A DNA stretch of 63,778 bases, filler included, from Collodictyon triciliatum (taxonomy: Eukaryota): the NCBI GenBank assembly GCA_043381765.1. It is 17 parts of 17 records of this genome, joined end to end, with 100 filler letters (N's around TTAATTAATTAA, not from the genome) between each part and the next. Parts side by side here need not be neighbours in the genome. Positions count along the whole stretch, not along the records: positions 38,667 to 42,427 come from JBHJMP010006920.1; positions 42,528 to 46,288 come from JBHJMP010006921.1; positions 46,389 to 50,147 come from JBHJMP010006922.1; positions 50,248 to 54,006 come from JBHJMP010006923.1; 13 more parts are not named here. One strand, 5' to 3'. Position 1 is the stretch's first letter; every line of letters starts with the position of its first letter. The notes under the pieces are model-generated. The model made no database searches and was not told where the DNA came from. It saw nothing but the letters and a program-made list of their open reading frames with translations. Below, one piece after another: positions 40,294 to 54,106 of the stretch. The position numbers and the translations under genes were made by a program.

Positions 40294-41732
40294 CTTTTTT
40301 GTACACTCTCATATAAGAGCCGATTTAATTTCTATACAACATTTCAAAATGTATATGGGTGTGATTTGCTTGTCTCTCTCTTTGATTCTGCCTCGATGAT
40401 GACCCAGTGGTCTCTTGTGTTTGAGTCATTTTTTAACTCAAGTTTGAACAAAAAGGGCTTTCGGAAGAATATTTCCGCCTTTATAAAAAGCAGCAGGATT
40501 TATTTACTCTTCAATCATCGGCCGCTTTTAGGAGGAACACTGCTCTTGTTGTTTCAATATCTTCCATGTAAAGTAGCTATGTTACTGTTTCCTCAAACTC
40601 GTTTCGCAGAAAAATGCCAGTAAAAAAATAATTGAAATAACATTGTGACGTTTTATTTGTCATTTTCTTTCCCTTTCAACAGCTCGTTTTGCTTCATCAG
40701 TATCATTTTTCGAGTGATCTTCCACCAGCTTAATGGATTATTCGGTATATGATTCTTTATTAACTAAATCCAGCATGATAAGCTACAAAGATTCAGAATG
40801 CGTTCTTTTGCTTAATAATGATGCGATCTATTAATTTCCTAGATACAAGCAGACTCCTCTGGGGTCCAATATCACTATTTTTCGCCCCAAAGTCACGTCC
40901 AGGAGAGTTTTATGGCGCCCGCGCAGTTTTGGACCAGGCGTTGATATTGTAGTGTACTTTTAGATTTCAATGTTTCACAATACGAATTGAAATACCGCTA
41001 TAAAGACGTCGAGTCTTTTTGCCTTCTGTGAATTTTTTTATTTGGAAAAATAGGTATACATGATTTTTCAACTTTTTTTCTTTTATTGTGATTTTGCAAT
41101 TTCATTTTAGCGCGTGCGTAGTTGCATCTTTGGCAGGGTATTACAATTTTTTGCAGAAGATATCTTGCCAACTTCAGGTAACATGAAAATGGCTACTTTG
41201 CCGAAAATCACGAGAATGAGTATGTTGATAATTGCTATCGAAATACGATGGTTCTATGACATTATGGTCTGGTCCTGCTTTTTATTCCTTTCTAATTTAC
41301 TATGGTTGGATAGATACATAATACTGGCACCCCCGCAATCATCCTCAATTCTGGTGTAATTTTATTAATAAGCTTCTCACTTCCTACGGTTATACATCTT
41401 CTCGGTAAGTTTCGTCAAACATAATAATATTCTGCGCTGCAGATTCTCATATTTGTTTTTCTTGTCCAGCTTGTCATATCCTTCATTCTGGACCTTTCAC
41501 ATGACTTATTTTTATCAGTCAGCACTTTGTGAAGAAGCTCATCAACCAAATAAATACAGGACTCACCTCTGTCGATCTTTTGTACGAACTTCGTCGAGAA
41601 ACACAGAGAACGAGCATATACTACGTCTTTTTGTTCAACATATTATTCCTCATCTCCATTCTGTACGCTGTGTATCGCCTTATGACGCAGGTTTACCCTC
41701 GATTCTTCAATCGAACAGAGAAGTTCAGCTAA
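38861..41732 (+). CDS. LMBR1: LMBR1/LMBR1L-family membrane protein (multi-exon, 5' partial)
   Basis: WEVVFSLSLFSLFVITPFAYFYYEA...RLSEALIMLTL, SAPRGF and TPAIILNSGVILLISFSLPTVIHLLG|LTSVDLL...YYVFLFNILF parallel recalled LMBR1 motifs (LFVLMPFAFFFLES, IIGNCVSILVLSSALPV, ITRFDLLG). Confidence 0.82.
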
Positions 41733-42527
41733 TCTATCACGCCGGCCTTAACACCGGAGGACAATAACAAACAGACATATTTGGTGAAATCTAACAAATT
41801 CTAATAATGGGTGCTTTTCTCCATTGCATGTACTTCATAAAACAAAAATCCCTCTTGGTAATATGCTTTTAAAACTTCATTTCCAAACGCAAACACCATT
41901 TCGTGGTTTATCGCAGTCAATTGTAAATGTTGTTGGAGGAATCGATACGGCAACCTTCACTCCCCAAAAATCCTCTCATAACACAACAATTTTCCAAGGA
42001 CACTAGCCCAATAAACAAATTGTTTTCTTGCCCTCGTAATAAAAAAAATAATCATCTAGTTTACGTATACTTTTCTGGTTTATCTTACATGTGGAGCGGC
42101 CTCTTCTAATTCTTTTTTTTTATTCTCATGTTAGGGGATGACCTATTGTGTCTTTTCTTTTTCTTTTTTTTCTTTTTCAAACTGCGAAATGTCAAATATC
42201 AAAACTATTCTCTTGTTGTGTTTACGTTGCATTAAATAAAGGGTGAAAAAAATATTATCTTGTGCCGTTTGGTTGGCGTGAAAACCCATCTCCGATTAAC
42301 CACGCGGAGAATCCCAAGAGGAATATCCAGTCCTCACATGAAGCTCGCAGTCTGAGTAGTTTCAATCGATGAAGAAGTATTTGGATGCGATATCCTTAAC
42401 CACATCATCGTATATTGAGCATATGAANNNNNNNNNNNNNNNNNNNNNNNNNNNNNNNNNNNNNNNNNNNNTTAATTAATTAANNNNNNNNNNNNNNNNN
42501 NNNNNNNNNNNNNNNNNNNNNNNNNNN

Positions 42528-42625
42528 AAAAACCCATAAAAAACCCATAAAAAACCCATAAAAAACCCATAAAAAACCCATAAAAAACCCATAAAAAACC
42601 CATAAAAAACCCATAAAAAACCCAT
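42528..42625 (-). repeat. (CCCATAAAAAA)n at contig start
   Basis: Reverse complement of the 32005-32330 unit. Confidence 0.95.
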
Positions 42626-42657
42626 AGTAAACGGCAATAAAAGCAGCCAGACACAGG

Positions 42658-46084
<3,427 letters not shown>

Positions 46085-46190
46085 ATAGACAAGACTTGCT
46101 CGGAATCGGCGGTCTCTGGTGCGTCCTGTCCTCGCATTTATTCGCTGCATTATGGCATCGCTGAAAACCAATCGATTCGAGAACGGAAAC

Positions 46191-46288
<98 letters not shown>

Positions 46289-47215
46289 NNNNNNNNNNNN
46301 NNNNNNNNNNNNNNNNNNNNNNNNNNNNNNNNTTAATTAATTAANNNNNNNNNNNNNNNNNNNNNNNNNNNNNNNNNNNNNNNNNNNNATGTATGTATGT
46401 ATGTATGTATGTATGTATGTATGTATGTATGTATGTATGTATGTATGTATGTATGTATGTATGTATGTATGTATGTATGTATACTTTTTAAAGGGTGCTT
46501 CTTTTAATGAATTTGTTGACCTTCTAGATATTTTATATGAAAATGTTATTTATGCATTTTGCACTTCTCAATCGAAGAAATTTTTGTCTTGAAACTCTTA
46601 GTTTTTTTGAATAATTGAAAGTTTCCAAAACAACCAGCATATAACCATTATACAATTATTTTAAGGAACGATATAATATTGCGGTTATAAAGAAGTCCAC
46701 AAAAATCGCTACCGAAACAAAACCTACAAAATAATGTGGTGGATTCAGGTATATAATTTCAGAATTCATGATCAAAATGTGATCCCTGCATAATTTTTTG
46801 TGACAAGAAACCATGTTTTGTCCAAAACCAACTCGACAGTTTTTATGGGATACAATTCACCTTATTCCTTTATAAATTGAGCATTTTGTCTTGTTATGCA
46901 TGAAAATTATTGAATCATAGACTATATTTCTTTAATTAAAACCGGAAATCTCAATGAAAAACACATTTATCTCATTCATTCAATACAAAAAAGTACAAAA
47001 TTCAACCTTCGTTTTTAAATCCGATTGAGTTACATTTTAATTTTTTTTAATCTTCCTTTCAATTTGTGCAAGAAGATTGATATTTTGGCTTGGTGTTAGG
47101 TTTTAATTGTGATGAAAAATTTACAATTTGGAAACCAATCCCAACTTCTGGGAGGAAAGACAAGAATAAGCTAATGATTGTTTTTTTTCTGATATAGAGT
47201 ATTCTTGCCGCACTA

Positions 47216-50147
47216 ATGATGTATTTGGTTTTCATCGAATTTGTCAACTGCCAGTGCACAATTCCTAGTGCACAACCTTTTGGACTCCTTTTGAGATCTG
47301 ACTTAACAATATCATCATGCCTTGGGTCCTCCATAATATCACAACCGTCCAATCTAGTAGCATCGATGGACCAGTGGCTTTCCGATGGATCGCAACCCAT
47401 GTCTCAATTAACGAGTACAAGCAATAATCACAACATTTTATTAACGTCTTCAGCAACCATTTACATTTCATTCATTACAGAAGGAGGAGCTTATCGCAGT
47501 TCATTCGGCTATTTTGTGTATGATAGCAATCAAAATATATTGTCAAAAAATGTTATTATACCAGATGCATCAAAAGATCCATCAACACTGAGAAGTGGGC
47601 AAACAGTCCAAGTTGGACAGTTTGCATCAGGTACCAGAGTGGGATTCTTTTTAATATCGGATGGATTCAACGATAAATTCTGGGCCAACAACGTGGACGG
47701 ATCAACTTTCTATACAATTCCGTCCAAAAATCCTGACAAGAAACAACACATGGTGATGGCAACAGATGGACATACTGGTAAAATAATACTTGGTATCGAG
47801 GATATGTACGGACTCGGAGATAGAGACTATAACGATGCCATTTTTTTCATCACGATAGATGGTACCATCAACAATAACCAATTTCCTACGGTTATTTTGG
47901 CAACTACACCATTAAATGACGATGTAAAATTTTCTCTTCAACTGAATATTGGTCTGGCTGATTCTATTAAGATAAGCACCTTACCATCAAAAGGAATTAT
48001 ATATCAAGTTAATGGTGACGGGTCCAAAGGTGCATCAATAACGTCAACAAATACATTTGTTTCTAACAAAAACCATAACCTAATATTCTCGCCAACCTCA
48101 AGCACCACTGGTGCGCCATACGCATCTTTTACTGTGACTGAAAACCTTCAAAACGGTCAAACAATATCTGTTCTAGTTCGAGTTGACGTTTTATCAGTTT
48201 CTTCATACGCCCCCAGTCCACAAGCCAGTTCTGTGACAACAACTGCTGGTACATTGACAACTATCAAGTTGACAGGAACTGATAAAAACAACTTCAATTT
48301 AATTTCATCAATATCATCTCTACCAAGCCAGGGTTCATTGTATCAGTATGATGTTAGTACAAAAGGGACAAAAATAACGTCAATTAACACGGAGGTTACA
48401 GATCCATTGAACAGGATATTCTACGAGAGCAACAATCAATACATCGCTTCGCCTATATCTGATTCATTCCTCTTCAAAATGTCAAACAATATGCAACTTT
48501 CAGGAACCGCTCGAATTTCATTGACAATAAATGTAAGACCTAATAACCCTCCAACATCGTCTTCTATCTCCATTACAATAGACCAAGATACAAGTGGTTG
48601 TATAGAAATAATCGCAAGCGATGCCAATGATGATCCTTTAACAGTAACAATATCTACACTACCATCCAACGGAAATATATATCAAACAAGTGATGGAATA
48701 TCAAAGCAAAATCAAATAACAAGTTCTGGAACTATCCTTTCATCATCTATATCATATATTTGGAGAGTTATTGCAGAGCCTACTGCCAAACTATATGGTA
48801 CTGCATTAATGAACTTTCAGTTCGTAGTGAAAGATTATTCTTCCTCTAACGCATACACTGCGACCGTTAACGTAAATTTTGTAAACAAGCCCCCTATTTC
48901 CTCTCCGGTATATCTAACAATCCAAGAAAGTAGCGAACTTAATGTAATTACAGATAGCCTGTGGAATACACACGTAAATTGTGATCCAGATAATAGCCTC
49001 TCAAGTTTATCGCTACTAATAGTCACATTACCAAAATTTGGAGATTTGAAGGACAACGCAGGCCTAAAAATATTAAAGTCTTCCCTCCCCCAAAAAATTG
49101 ACTATGGTCTCATTGCGTCCTACAGTCCACCTTTTATTGGTTATGGAGAACCTTATACAAATTTCACTTTCCAGATAAGTGACAACCGCGGAGGAATATC
49201 TTTAACAAACACTTTTACAATCAACATTAACCATATAAATCACCCACCAGTTGCGATGGTACCAGATTCAATAATCACTAATATGAACTATGTGGCCACA
49301 ATTTTAATTAAAGGCGAAGATTTAGACATGGGAGACAACCTATGGTTCATGATTTCCAACTTACCAACAAAATCAGGAAGTTACCTAACTTTCGAAAAAA
49401 GTAGTATAATAATTAATGAAATGTACAGTCTACATTTACAGGGTGCGAACATAACATACGTACCAGCTCCAAATCAGTTTTATACCGACCAGTTCGAAAT
49501 CAAAATAATTGATTCTGCCCATACATACGATGTTAAAATTATAACCATTACAGTAAAATACTATCAATCTATTTCAAAATCCCTGACAAAGTCTCATTCA
49601 CTGTCCAAATCATGGACAAAATCTCGGTCGAAATCACGGTCCAAGTCACGGTCCAAACTCCGGTCCAAATCACGGTCCAAATCTCGGTCCAAATCTCGGT
49701 CCAAATCCCGGTCCAAACAGCGGTCCAAATCCAAGTCTAAACCCCGATCCAAATCTCGATCCAAACCCCGGTCGAAATCCCGGTCCAAACCCCGGTCGAA
49801 ATCCCGGTCAAAATCCCGGTCGAAATCCCGGTCGAAATCCCGGTCGAAATCCCGGTCGAAATCCCGGTCGAAATCCCGGTCGAAATCCCGGTCGAAATCC
49901 TGGTCGAAATCCCGGTCGAAATCCCGGTCGAAATCCCGGTCGAAATCCCGGTCGAAATCCCGGTCGAAATCCCAATCCCAATCTCAGTCTCAATCTAAAT
50001 CTCAATCTCAATCTCAATCTCAATCTCAATCTCAATCTCAATCTCAATCTCAATCTCAATCTCAATCTCAATCTCAATCTCAATCCCAATCCCAATCCCA
50101 ATCCCAATCCCAATCCCAATCCCAATCCCAATCCCAATCCCAATCCC
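47216..50147 (+). CDS. Predicted surface/secreted protein: DUF4114-like domain, Ig-like (Big_9/cadherin-like) repeats and (SRSK)n/(SQ)n stalk; 3' truncated
   Basis: Uninterrupted ORF. DUF4114-like motifs: EGGAYRSSFGYF, GTRVGFFLISDGF, FYTIPSKNPD and ILGIEDMYGLGDRDYNDAIF. Repeats have N.PP, SDANDDPLTVTISTLPSNG and F.F.V.D. Confidence 0.85.
49570..50147 (+). repeat. Coding tandem repeats: (CGGTCGAAATCC)n = RSKS, then (CAATCY)n = QS
   Basis: In frame within the 47216 ORF. Synonymous variation among units is consistent with a coding role. Confidence 0.9.
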
Positions 50148-50414
50148 NNNNNNNNNNNNNNNNNNNNNNNNNNNNNNNNNNNNNNNNNNNNTTAATTAAT
50201 TAANNNNNNNNNNNNNNNNNNNNNNNNNNNNNNNNNNNNNNNNNNNNACAAAACAAAACAAAACAAAACAAAACAAAACAAAACAAAACAAAACAAAACA
50301 AAACAAAACAAAACAAAACAAAACAAAACAAAACAAAACAAAACAAAACAAAACAAACACACAGAAAAGGAATGTACAAATAAAATTTATAATTTTTGTA
50401 TGAAGATGATGCAG

Positions 50415-51607
50415 ACCAAACTTCCGTGCCGCCAGAAACCTTCATGAAGAAAGAAAATGAGACCAGTCGACGATTCTTGCCATCGTCATTTACATCTCAA
50501 ATAGCGTACTTGAAATCATCAAATATTTAGCTTCTCTCTTATTTTTTATTTTAGAAAAAATACATTTTGGCTTAAATTCAAGATAATAATCGAAGAGAGA
50601 ACGAAAAAAAAAAACAATGAATATATGATCTATTGATATTTACACATTTTCATCACAATAATTTTTAATTACTAATCAGCCCACCAAAACGAGACGTGGA
50701 TGCTATAGACGATGGTTTGCGTTTAATATCGATAATCAATCTGAGACATATTTGATTTTTATACCACTAAATTAGCTAATGTCACACTAATCTACTCTAG
50801 AAAACTTGGTCACCGCAACAAAGAGAACAACAAGAGGGAGAGGAGCCAAAAGAAAAGTTTGCTATGATGCATAAATATGCATATTTGTACGAATATTGTT
50901 GATAACAATTTGTATTATGACGCAATATCAGTCGCAAAAAATAAAATAAAAAAATGGCTATCGAAACAACGTCCCTCACAGTTTTGATATTGATCAAATA
51001 AAGCTCATCTGCTTATTTTCTCCATTGAAATCAGGATGAAGGCAACACGTCCCCAAAGGAAGCCAAAAAACCCGCAAAAAGAACGGGGTCTGGGTAAATA
51101 TGTATTTATGTAGCTTCAGATGAACACGCAAATAAAATAAAATAAAATAAAATAAAATAAAATAAAATAAAATAAAATAAAATAAAATAAAATAAAATAA
51201 AATAAAATAAAATAAAATAAAATAAAATAAAGCAAAACAGTCTACCAAACAGAAACAAAGAAATTATTGCATTTTTAAATAATTACAAGCACACTTTGAA
51301 TCGAATAAAGGAAAAAAAAATAATTACAAGCAAGTTGGTAACAAACAAACAAACAAACAAACAAACAAACAAACAAACAAACAAACAAACAAACAAACAA
51401 ACAAACAAACAATAATTAGCAGCAATGGAAAGTCAGGTCGTGGCCGAGGTGGGAAGGCGCAATCACAACCGACCAACGTAATAACCGCCTTTATTCGCAA
51501 AACCAGCCATGCTTGAAGATAGATATCACGCTGACAAGATTTGTCCAACACCCCTTACATTTAATTAGGCCGTCATCGACATCACTGATGAAGAGGATGA
51601 TGAATAG
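50415..51607 (+). CDS. Low-complexity C-terminal exons of an unidentified protein
   Basis: Small AG/GT-bounded exons: ENLVTATKRTTRGRGAKRK, DEGNTSPKEAKKPAKRTGS, SNGKSGRGRGGKAQSQPTN, AVIDITDEEDDE*. Confidence 0.55.
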
Positions 51608-51923
51608 TCTGGGGCCACTGAAAAATAAAAAAATAATAATGAAATTATAATGATAGTGATTAAATCGTATAACGAAGTAACAACAAAAGTCTTAACAAAA
51701 GGGAGGATGAGACAAAAAAAAAATAGAGAAAGAAATGAATAATTTAAATAGATTTACACACACACACACACAAAAAAAAAAAAAAGAAATTGTTGGTGAT
51801 AATGAGACACACAATGGACACGCACTAATACTCTCTCAAAAAGTCAAGAGTTGCAAACACAAAGCAATAGACAGCAGGTGCAACGCAGACAAGACTCGCC
51901 GATTACCGAGCAGCACATCACGG

Positions 51924-53777
51924 TCATTTATCAGGCCCGCACCCCTCAGGCTGCACCGCATCGTTCTCGCCTGGGCCGAGTATCTGCTGGATGATGCGAC
52001 ACGCCGCATCCTTGTCCACATCCACGTTATGGCTGCTGCACTTTGGCGAATGCACACAGGACGGACATCCACCCGCACATCCGCACCCGGCCAGAGCCTT
52101 CGAGACAGCCCGGAGCAGCTCGGCGGCAACGTGGAAGACGCGCTCACAAAGCCCGGCTCCGCCTTCGCACCCGTCGTAGATCATTATGCGTCCCGGCCCG
52201 CTCGCAGAGGCACTTGAACTCAAACTCCCCGTTGCAGCCTCATCCCGTGGACAGACGACATGGACATCACCCGGGTCGGTGATTACAAAGAGCGGCACGA
52301 CAGACTCGAGCACATGTGCGATTGCGTGGATGCCGCCAAGGAAGCGATAGTATCGTGTGCTCCGGTTTGTGCCCAGCTGTGAAGACACCTGCATGATGGA
52401 GGAGAGGATGCATATTCCAATTTTCTTGATGGTCCATTCCATATAATATTGTCTTTATTATTGTTATAATTACTTTTTTTTTTTTTTTTATAAAAAACAC
52501 AAAATATTGTTCGTATTTACATGGCTTTTTGCTAATCTTTTTTCTTTGTTTTTTTCTTTTCATTTCTCTTGTTTATTTCATATCTGAATCTTTTACCAAT
52601 ATTTCAATAACTATTATCATCATCTTTTTCTTTGTAATTTATTTATCTCTGTCTTCCTCCTGTGTGGAATAGAAAAAAAGACTCGCCATGATGTCCCTAG
52701 AGAGGTCGATCCAGACGCCCTTTGTGGTGAACCGGGTTGATGGGAGATCCAAGTCTATGTTTTCGTATGCCAGCTGGGAGACCTCGTATATCTGTACGTT
52801 TCATACAAAAGAGGTAAGACTACTGTCGAAAGAAAGCAGCGTATATACTACCTAGGCGGTACGATGACTACGAGCATATTCACACACCGACAAAGTATGA
52901 CTTGAATAGGGTGATTGCACATAGAAAATCGAAACAAAAGCTGAAAAGAATCTCTCGGAAAAATATAATACTAATACTAATAATAAATAATTTAAACGCA
53001 TAAAACTATAAAATCGTGACTTCTATGGATGTAAAGATAACACGTATATACACAACACAAAATTATTTATACATAACCAGGTACAAAGACAGAATATAAA
53101 CCATCACCACAGCTATCTACCTTGCTGTATCCAAGGACCGAGAGACGCACATCGACGCGGCCGAAGGAGACACTATGGTGACCGAAGACGGGACTTGTGC
53201 GGACAACATCGACAGGCAGGACGCTGGTGCGGCTGCGGGGCCTGGTGAAGTAGTTGACGCGCACGGCACGCACCCGGGCTGCCATGGCCTCGTGGCTGAG
53301 AGAAAGGACCTCGTAAGCATCGCCCTGGTTCAGGAGGATAGCGCCCGGATGGATGCGCAGATGCGCGAGGCCCTCTTCAACCTCCTCCAGCACCGCCCCT
53401 GTGGACTCGAGAACGACGGCAAAGCGCTTTGCACTGGCCGAGCGGATGCCAAACTTCTGCGACGGGAAGTCATCGCGGGCGTAGCGGAAGCAACTGTCTC
53501 CACATGCAGCCATGAGGCCGGCCCTGTGCTGCTCTTCTACAACCGGCACCAGCGAAGCCCCGTACATCTCACAGTCCTGCGGCCCGATGTCCAGCTCCTT
53601 TGCCGCGCAGAGTGTGTGCTTCTCCATGATACAGACGTTCTCTGGGTCGATCACCACGCACTCGTGCGGCCGCGAAAAGACTTCCCCGGCGTTCTGCATG
53701 AAGTACTGGTCCAGTGGTGATTCGTACCCGACAAGGAACGAGACGGAGTCGCGCGTTCCGCGGCCGCATCGTCCGAC
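51924..53777 (-). CDS. HRQ1: Hrq1/MrfA (RecQ4-family) helicase, C-terminal part with DUF1998 Zn-binding domain (5' partial)
   Basis: Motif VI GRCGRG, PLDQYF, HTLCAAKEL, IHPGAILLNQG..Y, GGIHAIAH, IYDGCEGGAG and CGCAGGCPSCVHSPKCSSHN. Confidence 0.9.
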
Positions 53778-53918
53778 CTATTGCGTGGGTTTATCTTTGG
53801 TTTCTTTTTCTATTGCTTACTCTTCCCTTCTCTTTTGTATGATAGCTTGTTTGTTGCGGCTGTGTTTTGAGTGAAAATCGCCCAAATCCTTCGACATATT
53901 GAAAAGGAGGAGAAAAGC

Positions 53919-54006
<88 letters not shown>

Positions 54007-54106
54007 NNNNNNNNNNNNNNNNNNNNNNNNNNNNNNNNNNNNNNNNNNNNTTAATTAATTAANNNNNNNNNNNNNNNNNNNNNNNNNNNNNNNNNNNNNN
54101 NNNNNN

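Noticed and set aside
42364-42394. TCGATGAAGAA...ATGCGATA resembling the 5.8S rRNA core
   Set aside because: The middle and flanks do not match 5.8S and there is no rDNA context. The opposite strand reads as a plausible protein C-terminus (FICSIYDDVVKDIASKYFFID*).
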